64,000 nt of DNA from NCBI GenBank assembly GCA_907165135.1, contig OU015566.1:7192001-7256000 (forward strand), in the 5' to 3' direction. Position numbers and translations under genes: made by a program. Below, in pieces: positions 48,278-60,944 of the stretch (positions are counted from its first letter, which is position 1; every line of letters begins with the position of its first letter). Source of the DNA: Oikopleura dioica (taxonomy: Eukaryota > Animalia > Chordata). The notes under the pieces are model-generated. The model was not told where the DNA came from. It was given only the letters and a program-made list of their open reading frames with translations, and did no database searches.

Positions 48278-51216
48278 CTAGCTGTTGGATTTTGAGCGAA
48301 GTGAACTCCGACGAGGTGGCATGCCCTTAAAAAATCATCAACATTTTTATGCTCCAACAACGTGTAAACAAACAAGCAGCACGGGCAGTTTTATAGCGGA
48401 TCGCAGAAGAGTGGATTGAGTGGACTTACGGTTGGCAGAATTTTTGAACTATCGGGCAATTGAATGTCGGCGGGTGGGGATTTCGAGGCGGGACAACTCA
48501 TTTTAGAGCTGGATGGGAGGACGGCTGCACGGTCAGGGACTTTTTGGCTAAAAATTATTGAATAGTAATAAAATTACTTTTGTACATACTCGAAAGCATC
48601 GGCATCAGCTTCTTTTGAAAGTCTTCTGAGCTTAGTCTGATTTTTCAGCGGCGATCCGCTTGTGGTTTTTGCATCTATGGGCTTGAAGTTCACCTGCTTC
48701 GTGAACATCCTCCAACTGTCCTCCAAAATATCTTGACTGATCACATTTTCCTTCGCTACAAAGCCCCACTGATGTTGGGAGAGAGAAGAGTCCGATGCAG
48801 TTACTGACAGGTCTTTATTTGATTGAGTTTCTTTAGTTTGAACAGCTTAAAAATATCATGAATACGTGTTTATTTTCTTTGAAATAATACTGGTACTACT
48901 GGAGCTGGAACTGGCGCAACTGGAATTGTTTCTCTTTTTCGAGGATCTTTTCCGCGATCGAGGTTTAGAGGGCGAGAGTTTGTTAGTACGGACATGATCG
49001 AGTATCGAGTTGAAAACGACTGTATCGTAGTTAACTTCTCCTGGAATAGAGTTGCGAGGGTTAGAATCATCATCGTCTGAATCCAAGCTGGCTTCTGGGA
49101 AAATCTCATCCACTGGCGAACTCGATCTTCGCGGATTCGAAAAGCGGCGCAAGCTGTCGGAAATATCTTCTGAACGAATGTCATTTTTCCGCAACGCCAG
49201 GGCCAGCTCGTCCTCCAGATCATCGACCATCCTCGTCTCATATGTAGATGATATTTTAGGATGCTTTCTGGGGGACTCGACCGACTGTGCAGCGGCTGTT
49301 TTGGCGAATTCCAGTCGTTTGGGTCGGCCTTTTCTTTTCCTAAAAAGATGATGAGGGCCGCGACCTTCCATAAATAGTATTTTTTGCAGTAGATATGGGG
49401 AGTATTTACGTCCACTTACTTTTTCCCCCTTGCACGTGGGGCTGACGGCGTCGCAAAAACATCTGAAGTCGATGGATTCGTTTCATGAGGCAAATGGCTT
49501 GGAGACGGTTCAGATGGGCTAAAGATGTACACGTTACCATAACTTTTGACCCATAAGATAGTAACTAGGGAAGACTTTTCCTTGTTCCCTTGTAGAAGAA
49601 AAAAGGCGGAATATCCCGTGTGATTCAGCTATAAGCAAGGCTCAAAATGATCACTTACATGTTTCTTTTCTTGACTGGTTTGGGCGTTAGACCCGCTTTT
49701 TTATCCCTTCTTGCTTGAAGACGCATTTCTTTTTCAATTTTTCTTTCCTCGTTTCTCCTAATCGCTTCCTCCGTTCGCCTTCGAATATCAGCCCGGCTCA
49801 TTTCTCCGGCAACAGGAGCGACTCGGGAACGAGATGACGATGGGGTCTCGTGTTCCTTTTCCGAGAAATCGGCGGCGAATTGGGCGGGCTCGATGTCCAA
49901 CACGGAGATTTGGAGGGTAGTTGGTGGGACGCGAAGATTCACGTTGAGATCTTGTGACTTTTTGAAAAGAAGATTTTTTAAATGGAAATGTTACCTGATA
50001 AGGAAGGCACAGTCCATTTCCGTAGCTCAACTCGCGCATCTTGGTCAACAGGATAAAGTGAGGGTGAAGGACGGATTATGCTGAAAAGCGGATTAAAAAT
50101 GGTTGAAAATCGACCATCTGTCTTGGTGAACTTTCATCATGATACTTACTTTGGTCGTCCCACAAAAGGCCCGTGTCTGTCGCCAGAAAGGACGAGTAGA
50201 CTCTTAGTCAGCGGATTAACCGCACCTTCAGAGATGCACTGACTATCTTCGAGAATTCTTTGTCTGGCTTTTAATGCTTCTTCCAGACGAGCCTCACGAG
50301 ATTGGAATTGAGTGATGGTTTCCTTTTTTCGAAACGCAGCTTCAAAATGAATCATTAATCCGAACTTTTAGAAAGTCTTTTACCTTTCCGTTGGCGAGTA
50401 CGATTATGAGTTGCTGGAAAGTTTTGAAGCGCTTCGTCGAAAGTAGTCGAATTTGAATCCTCATTAAGATTTTCCATTTCGACATCTGGCGTGGCTGGGG
50501 GAGATTTAGGAGGACTAGGAGCTCTTTGGCGCGAGTTCTCAAATTCATCAAGGACTTCTGGAAAATCCTCGAGCTCGATGTGATCTTCTTCGACGATCAT
50601 TTCCGGTGTCTTTGAACTGGCTGGCGAGAAAGAATCGTCTCCATCCGAGTCGGACATCGAATCGATCGTAGGAGAGCCAGCATGGCATCCGGCAAAGTTG
50701 AGGATAAATGGGCGGCTGTTGTGATCTTCCGTCGACATTGGTTTCGTATGCGAAGGCTTCATCTGATGTCCTGGGCCATTCTCGAAGCCAGTGTGCAGTT
50801 GATGATGAATTTTCTTATACTGAACAAAGTCTTTAAAAACAAGGACAATACTGGTCAGCTCTTCAGTAGAACTCTACTAGTAAGCCTTCTATAATTAAAA
50901 AATGACACCGAGTACATTCACCAAAGAACACCAAATAATAAATGCGCGAAAAAATGGAACGGAATGATGTTTTTACTTCTCGGTGCATGGATCGATCTCG
51001 AATAGAGCGGACCTCCCCGTTTTTCGAATCTTTCACCACAATAATCGTCTCTTCCGCGGTGGAGCATCCATCTGGCTCATCGTTGCCGCAGTAAATAGTG
51101 GCAGTATCGTGGCCTGAATTGTGGCTCCGATGGAAAAAGTCGTGATTAAGGGTAGTTGAAGGAGCAAGTCCGTAGATTTCCGAATCCGATTCCGAAAGAT
51201 TTCTAACACCGTTCAT
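48278..51216 (-). CDS. Large S/R/K/E/P-rich, largely disordered protein of unknown function
   Basis: Chain of protein-like ORFs separated by short GT-AG introns (50863-51216, 50355-50762, 50146-50355, 49655-49942, 48856-49371, then to GMPPRRSSLRSKSNS* at 48278). Confidence 0.65.
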
Positions 51217-52141
51217 TTTGGAAGCATTCTATCAAGTAAAAAACTGACTGAAACTGAACTAACATAGGGTTTTCGACAAACAAATAGAACATCGAATAAT
51301 CCCTCCCCTTCTCCAGAACATCATTGAACACCAAAAGTTCTACTGAAATCAAGGAGGAAAACTTACATTTCAGACTAAAAACGTATTTTTTTCGTAAAAC
51401 TTTCTCTGATTGATTTACTTAGACAGTACTAAGAAAAGCTCGGCCTTGGTTAAGTGCATTTCGCGAATTTGGCCCCATTCCCATCATAACTTCCCTCAGG
51501 CAACGCCGCTACAATATGCAAATAACAATATATAATTATACAAATATAAAGATAAGACTATCGATCAATCAAAACCCTCCTCAAACTGGATTCCCTTTAA
51601 TACTGTCAAAAAACAGTCAAAAAATGTCTTCAACAAGTCATTTCTCAAAAAAGAACTTTTTAGCTGGCCCTGGGGCAGTATCAATTCCAACCCTTTTTCA
51701 ACCTTTTTTTCAGAGACTTAATGTTCTCCCAGTAGTAAAAAGGAATAATCTCACAGCCAGAAACAACTGTTTATGTTTAATTAAAATATAAACTTAATAA
51801 TATTGTACAGAAACAAAAGGAAATCATGCGAGAAAAGATAAAAATCATCATTTTTATATTGCATCGTTGAAATAGTATTTTTATACAGATAAGGAAGGAA
51901 ATTAGGAGGATTTATCATCAGCTTTGGGGAGTAAGTTGAGACATGATTTGAATGAATTTTCAAGATTTTGAAGAAATTCTCGTGTGAAATACTAAATTTA
52001 TCTAAGTTGTAAGTTAGAAGCGGGAAACTCGTTTTCTTTCACGATTGGTAGCGAAGTTGGACTGGTTTTAGAAAGTGTTGAATGAAGGTTGAATCGGTTG
52101 AATCTTCTTGCTAGACTAGGTAGGAATCTGGTCCATGGTGT

Positions 52142-53629
52142 TTAGGCTTCTTTGGTTCATAACAAGGCTTTTCCGGGTCATCATAAGTTTATTAATGACT
52201 CATTAATGCTCATTATCAATGACTGAAATTGATAAGTGACCCGTCCCAACATCCAGTAAATAGCTGGTCCCTTGCCAAATACATTTCTAAAATTGGCAGA
52301 TCTGCTGTTGCCTCCAAGATTCTTCTCTCCTTCAAGAATATATTTCCACGACGATGATAAATATTTCTATCTTACCCTTGAGCTGTTCGATGCCCGTTTC
52401 GTCCACGGAAATGCTGTGGAGCTGAGTGCAAAACATGATCGCAGTGAAGAGCAGGAAGAGGAGGGCTTCGAAACAGAGGATAAGGGTGACTATGACGGCG
52501 ACTGGTGGAGTAAGATACGTGCAGTCCTGTTTGGAGGATAGAGTTATTCATGTGACTTCCTGTCACGAGATTTTGTCTGCCACAGAGAGGAAAAAACAGA
52601 GGCTTACACTGAGTCAGAGACTGAGACCTTGAAGGAAATCTCGTGCATCACGGAATGATGAAATCGAGGAACGAAGTCTCCTTTTAGATAGATTAAATTA
52701 TGTAGGTCAGAGTCTGACCGTCAGACAGGAATTGTACAGAAAAAAATTATTTAAGCTCTATCCTGCCATTTCATCTCCACGCACATGATCGTTTTCCGCA
52801 CGGCCATGAACAGGGCATAGCCGCTCATCATCATAATATAAAAACAAAATAAGACGAAGAATTTTTGATTGGATTCGCCAACGCAATTGTTAACCCAAGG
52901 GCAGTGATGGTCCATTTTCATTACACATTTTCCACAAACTAAAAGTAAATCAAATCGGTTTGAAATTTGAGGCTGTTTTCAACGAGTAAGCATATTTTTC
53001 CTTGTTTCTTACCAGAGCAGTGGTGAGCTCTTTCCGGCTTGATAGATTTGCATTTTTGACATTTATAAATGACTTGATCAGGTCTCGTCTTCGCATCTCG
53101 CACGGACTCTGGCGTAAGCTCGATTTTTGGGCAAACACCCGGATCTAAAGATGTGCAAAATGATTCAAGAACCCTATATGTTGGTCGTCTATGACTGCGG
53201 GATTATGATTAGTTCTTCCAGTCTAGAGCGCATCTTGATTTTTATGACTAGTTTCCCCGACTTTAGGTATTTTCTGACGGAAAATTATAATGCCTGCTGA
53301 GTCAGAAGTTCTGACCATCAAAACCCGAATCATAGTCTGTGATGAAAACAAACCTGAAGTCATAGCTTTAAAATGCGATAGGAGGGCTAAAGCAGCAAAC
53401 GAATTGAAGAGAATGGTGTCGATAAATAGACTGATGCTCCACTGAGAAGGGATGAAGAAAAGTACGAGGAAAGCGTAGAGCCCAAAAGCCACTGAAAAAG
53501 ATCATCGACGGTTCATCTTCGTTTCTTACCGAGGCCCCAAGTCATACAAGCGCAAACTAAGCCACAACAATCGGTAACCAGCCACACTCGCCCGACAACG
53601 GGTAAGCGCCTCCACCCACCCGCCGCCAT
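52142..53629 (-). CDS. Palmitoyltransferase ZDHHC3/7-like
   Basis: [17 protein letters not shown]; [16 protein letters not shown]; [31 protein letters not shown]; [35 protein letters not shown]. Confidence 0.92.
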
Positions 53630-53954
53630 CTTTGACGATTTGCCGATACGATTTCTTCAAAAGAAAAAAAATTGAAATCAACAAGGACTCTTCTTGAAAT
53701 TTTGCTTATTGAAAGAATTCTCTTATTGGTATTATAATGGTTAATGACTCATTATACTGCTTGAACGAATATATATGGGTTTTGAATTGAATAAATAGAT
53801 TTGACTACAGAACTTTTTTTATAACACTGTCTGGCAGACACGAATTTCATAACACAAATTTTTGGCAATTGTAATTTCTGGCGGAAACAGGACAAAACAG
53901 GGAACATATAAATAACTTAAAACAGTCGTTCAACAGAATTCAGAACTCCTCAAT

Positions 53955-56638
53955 TTAGGCATCAGAGAGGATGGAAACTCCTGGAAGGTCTTTGCCTTCG
54001 AGGAGTTCGAGGGAAGCTCCACCTCCAGTCGATACGTGGCTGACTTTGTCCACAGTGTTGAATTTCTTGGCGCAAGTAGCGGTATCTCCACCACCAATGA
54101 TGGTGGTGACTCCAGTTTCAGTGGCAGCAACAACAGCGTCCATCATCGATTTGGTTCCTTTAGCGAAGTTTTCAAATTCGAAAACACCTGAAAAGAAATA
54201 AACGAAAATATAAGAAATGGAAATTTACCAGCCGGGCCGTTCCACACGATCGTTTTTGCTTCGGCAATGACAGCGGAAAATGCCTTACTGGATTCCGGTC
54301 CTACATCCAGGCCCATCCAGCCAGCTGGAACACCTGACTCGACGGTTGCGTTTCCAACGGCTGCGTCTTCAGTAAACTAAATATTCCGTTGAAAACCCGG
54401 CGATTCTACCGGCAAGATGGGTATTTTCTAGATACGGTTTTCTTTACAGAAATAATCATGGGATGAAAATGGGTCGCCGAGTTTCGGACGTTAAACGAAT
54501 CAATGATGTCTTGAAAAAAATTTTAACTAATGAATAATCCGCGCAGAGTATCTTCAAGGTATGCAACTGAATCTTACAGTAAGCAAGACTGTAAAATAGT
54601 GTTCATGCGCGACGAAGCCGCATCGCGAAATTCTTTGGTAGCTCTGACGAAGAAGAGGAAGTGTCCTCGGAAGTCACAAGTTTAATCGATCTGAGGTGTG
54701 CGAAATTCTCAACACGAGTTTGTTATTATTGATTTAGGCGGAAATCGAGGGAACACGTCGAGTCCTTAGGATGTATGATACCGATTACTACTGAAGCTAA
54801 CAATGGTAAAGGATGACATCTTTTGCATCGAAACTGTCAACTTTAGCATTTTAGTCGATGAAGCTATTGCTTGCTCGAATCGTCCAGCAGTGCCTCTTTT
54901 GCCTAAAGCTGCTCTCTTGACGCTTATTTCAGCAGTCCAAGGTAACAACTTGCTCAATAAATACGAGAAAAGTTTTATAGAAAATGGAAAGGAAACAGGC
55001 GAAACCGAGGAAAATCAAGATAACAATAATACACGAAGTCGACGTGGCTCTCACAACACGCTAAAATCTTCCAGCTCGAATAAATCAGTAAATTTTGACC
55101 GAGTGGAAATTCTCGAATTTCGAGATACGGATGATACGGGCATTCCTGATAGGTAAGATAAAAAATATATGAACGTGTTAAAACTTTTATTAGCTTCGAA
55201 GCTGATGAAGGCTCAAAACCGATCGAAAAATGAAACTACTGAGCGCGCCAAGAATTATTCCAATCTGTAACACCCTTTTTTCGTCTGTAAGAATGAATCC
55301 CTTTTTATAAATCCCGTGTCTTAAATTTACCTTATCAGCAGTAACGAAGTCAGTCGGGAGAACAATCTTGACTCCTCGAGCCTTCGCTTTTTCCATCAAC
55401 TTGGGGACAATCTTGGCTCCATCTTCATCAAAGAGGGATCCTCCGATTTCCATGTTCGCCAAAACCTTCTGGAAAGTAAAGGCCATTCCGCCGCCAATAA
55501 TCATCGAGTCGACCTTTTCCAGCAAGTTCTCGATCAGTTGAATCTTGTCCTGAACTTTTGCGCCACCAAGAATCGCCAAAAATGGTCGTTCAGGATTGTC
55601 AAGAGCCTTGGCAAAGTAAGAAAGTTCCTTGTCCATGAGAAGGCCAGCTGCGCGTTGCTGAAAAGGAAAGTTTTCAGACGGAAATCAGGCATTTTAATTC
55701 GGGTGGTATTTCGAAAAACCGCAGGAGGAGGACTGTTTTCTGATTCTAGACGTCTCGGATCACTTGTGAACGACAAATTTTTTTATAAGGAATACTTCAG
55801 GATAACAGGCGGATCAAAATTCCATTTCAAAATCTTACCTCGTGAGCAATGCCAACGACACTAGAATGAGCCCGATGGGCACAGCCAAAAGCATCGGATA
55901 CAAAGACATCGCCATGTTTGGAAAGTTTGGAGCGGAAATCGGATATCGCCTCAGCGCTTGGCTTAAATTTTCCACCAATTTCGGAAACGCCTTTTCCTTC
56001 TTCCTCCGCGTAGAATCGGACATTTTCGAGGAGAATAACGGAGCCAGCAGCTAGGGATAGATTGTTATCTTTTATAAGGGTAAGAGTTGTCTAGCTGTCA
56101 AACTGGATGAACAGTGCTGTATCTCTCCTAGGTCTATGCTCAGGTCCGGAAAGTAAGAGATTAAATGATTCAATATAAATTAAAAAAAATGTTGATGGTG
56201 TCTCATCGCCAAAAGATTTTATGGTTAAATGAGTGCAAACTTATAAAATTTTTGATCATAATTCTTTACCTGGAGCAGCAGTAGCTTCTAAGGCCTGGGA
56301 AGAGACACAATCATCAATAAACTGAACATCTCGGTTGAGAAGAGCCTTGAGCTCCTCTGCAACTGGAGCGAGTGTGAATTTCGCCTGTTTTCGTCCATCT
56401 GGTCGTCCCAAATGCGACATGAGCACAACAGATGTAGCGCCCTGATCCAAAGCGTACTGAATTGTCGGAACGGCGGCAGCGATTCGCTGGTTGTTTGTGA
56501 TTTTTCCTTCCTGGAAAAAGACGTTCGGCTTTGCTGTTGGAAACATATAAGACTCACCTTCATGGGGACGTTAAAATCCACTCGCATAACAACTCGCTTG
56601 CCGCTCAGGGCCAAATCTTTGGTCGAAAGCTTTGCCAT
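53955..56638 (-). CDS. PGK: Phosphoglycerate kinase
   Basis: [103 protein letters not shown]. Confidence 0.98.
54600..55233 (+). CDS. Spliced antisense gene nested in PGK intron (54377-55330); carries an RVxF-type motif; 5' end unresolved
   Basis: Three GT-AG introns (54696-54737, 54806-54854, 55153-55193; 42, 49, 41 nt) keep one frame open, ending [13 protein letters not shown]...[14 protein letters not shown] (TGA 55231-55233). Confidence 0.7.
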
Positions 56639-56906
56639 TTTTGAAATTCTCTGAAATACAACTCTCGCAGATGTGGGTTCTTTTCGATTTTTATTTGATT
56701 TCTAAAGCTCTTCAGTTCTAGCTTCAACGATTTTATAAGCGAGGCACACGGATCAGTGTGGCTATTGCATAATCGTTTGCAATCAGAGGGCGAGTGTTAT
56801 ACAACATGAATTTTGAAGAGAGTGCGAATTTTCGACGAAAGAAGAGGAACATGTAATTTTTAAGAGCGCAGTGTACAAAATTATTTCCAGTCTAAATTTA
56901 ATTGTC

Positions 56907-57309
56907 TTATTCGTCTTCAAAGTAACCAAATCGTCGTGAAACGCGGGAGTAGAAGCCTGGGCGGTAGAGAAGCGCTTCGATGGGTTTGGCGGATAAAGAG
57001 CTGTCAGAGGAAATGTCCTGAACGGAAGTTTAATATAAGAAAAAGAGGACTAGAAATACTTCGTAGGGGTTGAGTCCGATGATGTAACCAAAGCTCGCAA
57101 TAACCATCCCAACAAGGCACTGAAGTTGTTCATTATTAATGAATCATTAATCAAAATGAAATTAGACTTGAAGCTACCTCTAGAATGATATCAAAAGGAA
57201 TATTGAAATCTGCCTCTCCTCTTTCTTTCATAATTCCTCTAAATTGACCGACAGATATGGCTGCGTGTCCCATCAAGACAAGCCCAAGAAATGCCAACAA
57301 CTTCGACAT
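56907..57309 (-). CDS. MMGT1: ER membrane complex subunit 5 / membrane magnesium transporter 1
   Basis: Three exons, absent from ORF track: MSKLLAFLGLVLMGHAAISVGQFRGIMKERGEADFNIPFDIILE|CLVGMVIASFGYIIGLNPYE|DISSDSSLSAKPIEALLYRPGFYSRVSRRFGYFEDE*. Parallels EMC5 (LAHAAFS...LPIDIVLQ...HPSFY). Confidence 0.85.
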
Positions 57310-57726
57310 TTTTTAACCTTTCGACCTAAAGAAAATGATATTAACCAACAACACGAATTATATTTGAAATTTCTTGCAAAATATATGGAACCAAAAGGGA
57401 GAAAAGGTGAGGAACATTCAGAATCGGAGCAGAATAAATTAATTTTTTTAACAAAAATCTTGAGGACTGCCCTCATCAGCCCAAGAAAACGGAAGAATAA
57501 GATCAATTCTTACACCCTACATTGGGCACTGGTACAATATGGTAGATAAGAACAGGCATAAATAGTAAACCGATAAGAAAAAAGTGAGTTTTGAACAACT
57601 GAAATTTTTGAACACAAATAAAAGAAACTGTCGAATGAAGAAATCGATGCATCAATAATTGAAAGATAAATAACAACTTTTGAGAATTTAGATAAGAGCC
57701 AGACTTGAGAGATAAAAGCTCGTAGG

Positions 57727-60700
57727 TTATGGGGATGAAGGTGAAGGTGGATCGATGTGATTGACGAAGCCGACGGAAGTTGAAGGAGGAGTGCGCTGAA
57801 TAGGCGGTGCCGCCCAGGGCAAATGCCCAAAATGCGATTGCAGCGTGGCGTTTTCTAGCGCTCGTCGGATGAAAACTTGGTGCGATGATGGCGGGGGTGG
57901 CGGCGAGTCAATCTCACTCACAGTTGCAACTTGTTGGGGAACGATGCCAGGGCCGCCCACTTCGAGCATGCTCAAATGGGCGGTCGAGCGTTTGTGCCGA
58001 TCCAAATGACCCTTCAAGCAAGGTTTTCAAATTTAAGAATAAAAATTGTCAAAAATAATCACCAAAAGAACATTTTTTGACGAGAATATTCTACTTTCGC
58101 ATACAGGCAACTACTGTTACAGTCATACTAAGACTACCTCCGCTGAAAAATACCTGAAATCTGAAGGCAATATCACAAATATCACATCTAAATTTACGCT
58201 GCTGCTGGCTCTCTTCATCTTCCTCATCAGAGAGCATTTGGTTCTCGCATATAGAAGGATATAAAATTCGCACGATAAAATCTCTGGCTCAAAATTTGTT
58301 GCTCGAAGAAAGTTTCAATTCCAAGCCCGGAAACCGGATTCTTGGGATTTTCGCGGTGAACTTTTTTGTATCCCTTCACAGGAATTATGCAACGAGCGGG
58401 CATATGGCGGCTGAGTCAAATTTTGAAGGTGACTTTGCAATAAGGCAGTCTTTTTTATGGTCATTCGGATGTTTTAGGGGCGTGTGAAATGATAGGTATG
58501 GACGTTTTTGCGCATTTATAGATAGAAGAAGACCTTGACCTGAAGAGCAGCCGGATTAAAAGGAACTGGTGGCTGAACAGGGAGTGGTATCGGCAGTTGC
58601 ATGGCGCTTGATTGTGGGATATCCTTAGCAATTTCATCGAAATGGGTGGGCTCGTCGTTGAAGCGCCTCCTCTGCTGAGCTTCAAAGAGGCTCCCTCCTT
58701 GTAACTCAGCGAGTTCTTGCATCCGTCTAGGTTATTTTTCGTTTAGCACGGAAACGGGTTCGCCTGGTTACCTCAAATGTGTGTCTGATTTCATGTGGCG
58801 AGCAAGATGGCCAGAAATTCGGAAACCTTCAGTGGATTATCTACTGGTGTGCTCTCTCTAGTTTAACTGTATTTAGCCAGTGCTCTGAAATTTTGAATAG
58901 ACGTTTCGACCAAAATTCGGCGAGTAATCCTCGGAAACGGAGCACTGTATTTAAGCTTAACGACTTACTTATTCCTATTTGAATATTCTGCTTTTTTGCC
59001 GTATTTCTTAAAGAAAAAGCGCCGTCTCATGACGATCGGACTCAAGTCATGGAAAATCGCACTGCACTGTAGTATGGAAAAGAAAGAAAGTCTGGCTTCA
59101 AAAATAAGCTATGAAATTACTTGTCCCTTGAAGATGCGTCTCTGTAGAATCCGATCCTTTATTACAATGATTGCACTTGTAGGGGCGAGTATCTTCATCA
59201 TCGCTGCCTATTTCCGCATCGGGAACTGTAGTAGCCGTTGCACCCTGACCATCCGGGATAGGGTTGAACAGAACAGGCTTTCGCGCTGCTCCGTCGCCGA
59301 CGAAATTCACTGTTCCGGCGTCCTCTAGTTAAACAGCTTTAACAAATTAACGAAAACAAGATTCAAAAATTTTCATATTTTATTGAAGCACAGAAAAAAG
59401 GAGCTTGACCTAAAGAATATGTTTGAACTCACGGGAGCTTTCATTTGTGTTGCAGTTTTCTGCCGTTTTTTTCGCGCGATATTCGACCTCCTGTAACGCA
59501 CTTATTACTTCTGCGTTGAGACCACTTTTCGCCGATGAAACATGATTTTTTGAACTTTGAGATTGATCTTGATATGCTAAATTTACCCGTTATCATCAGC
59601 GAAAACATGAATATTAATTGCTCAAAGACAAGTTACAGCTTTTGATAGAAAAACATGGAACCTGAAGAAGAGAGCATCTGATTGTCTTCAGAAGGTATTT
59701 GAATGGATTTGATCACCGACATTGGATGATCCATCGAAGACATTCCCTAGAAGAAAACGTTATGAAACGTATTGATCTTTGTATTCTTTCGTTTTCAAAT
59801 GTAAAAAAAACCTGAACGGGGAAGGTTGGCGCAGAGTCGTATCTTTGAGGAGCCTCCTCTTCATCGACAACGATGATGTCTTCATCTTCGTCATCTGACT
59901 TGTTGTCGACATTCATCGGTTCTTCCGATTGTTTTTCTTGCTCGCGTTTGTTTGATCGGTAGATTGGGTTTTCGCAGATGACGCTTGGTCGAGATGCTTG
60001 TTGGGCGAAACTAAACGTAGATTTCGTCGCGGGAGAATATATTTGAATCGCTTACCTGCTGCTAGGCATATTGACTCGCCAAGAAATCTCGTTATTCTGT
60101 TGACTATTTTGTGCCATTGAGAAAGCTGGAGCTGTAGGAAGAGAAGCTCGTCTTTTAACTGCTCGCTGAGGAAAATCGTGCGCTGGATATGGTCTGGGAA
60201 AACATTATCTCTTATAAGCTGAGTCATTCACTATATATTTACTATAGTATACTGTATATTTATCGCTTATAGTTGGCATTTACCTTAAAATATCTCGAGT
60301 AAATCCAATAGGCTGGACAGGAAGTGAGTTTCTTCTTACTTTCGAGGCTTGACTTCGTGAGGGACCGGAAGAATTTGGCTTAGAATTATCGATGAATTCT
60401 CAGATTAAATAATCAGCTTACTTGGTAGCCAAGCTGCTGAATTCGCTCGTCATAACGCCATGGTCCCTTCGTCACGCGCTTCCTGTCAGAAGGTTTGGAA
60501 CTTGATTTCGCGCTAAAAAGTTGAAATAAGGAGATAGTGATGTGTTCACTTACTTTTGATTGCCGACTATAGACGCGTTTTCAGCGATAAGTTTGGATAT
60601 ATGATCAGAAAGGTCTCCCCCGGCGCTGTTTCGTCTTGGGCGAGCTGAGCCGGTTTCTGAGTAGTAATTTTGCCTGGCGCGACCGACTGGTGGATATTGA

Positions 60701-60806
60701 ACCGATAAGTTTCTACAGAAGAGTTTTTTCTCTGTCAATTTGACGGTACTTACTTGAAGTTCTGCTGTACTGAAAAGTATGGGCTTACAAAAGAATCATT
60801 ATCCAT
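57727..60806 (-). CDS. C2H2 zinc-finger transcription factor, Schnurri/HIVEP-like
   Basis: Spliced fingers YKCNHCNK|GFRISGHLARHMKSDTH and FRCDICDIAFRFQ|GHLDRHKRSTAH; N-terminal LSDHISKLIAENASIV resembles the ISxLISxNxAxV block of HIVEP/Schnurri. C2H2 call is firm, family call is from memory. Confidence 0.65.
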
Positions 60807-60944
60807 TCATCACCAGTCTAAAAGACAAAAATTGTTGACCGAGGCATGAAAATTTTGAAAATCTGGAGTTGAAGAATCAAAAATAGAACAAGATGGAACG
60901 CTGCTGTCAAGGAATATTCAATAGTACTGTTTAATTTTCATAAA

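Noticed and set aside
52272-52632. Plus-strand ORFs of 68-89 aa
   Set aside because: Antisense shadows of ZDHHC3/7 exons; likewise most short plus ORFs over CLCA, pol and PGK.
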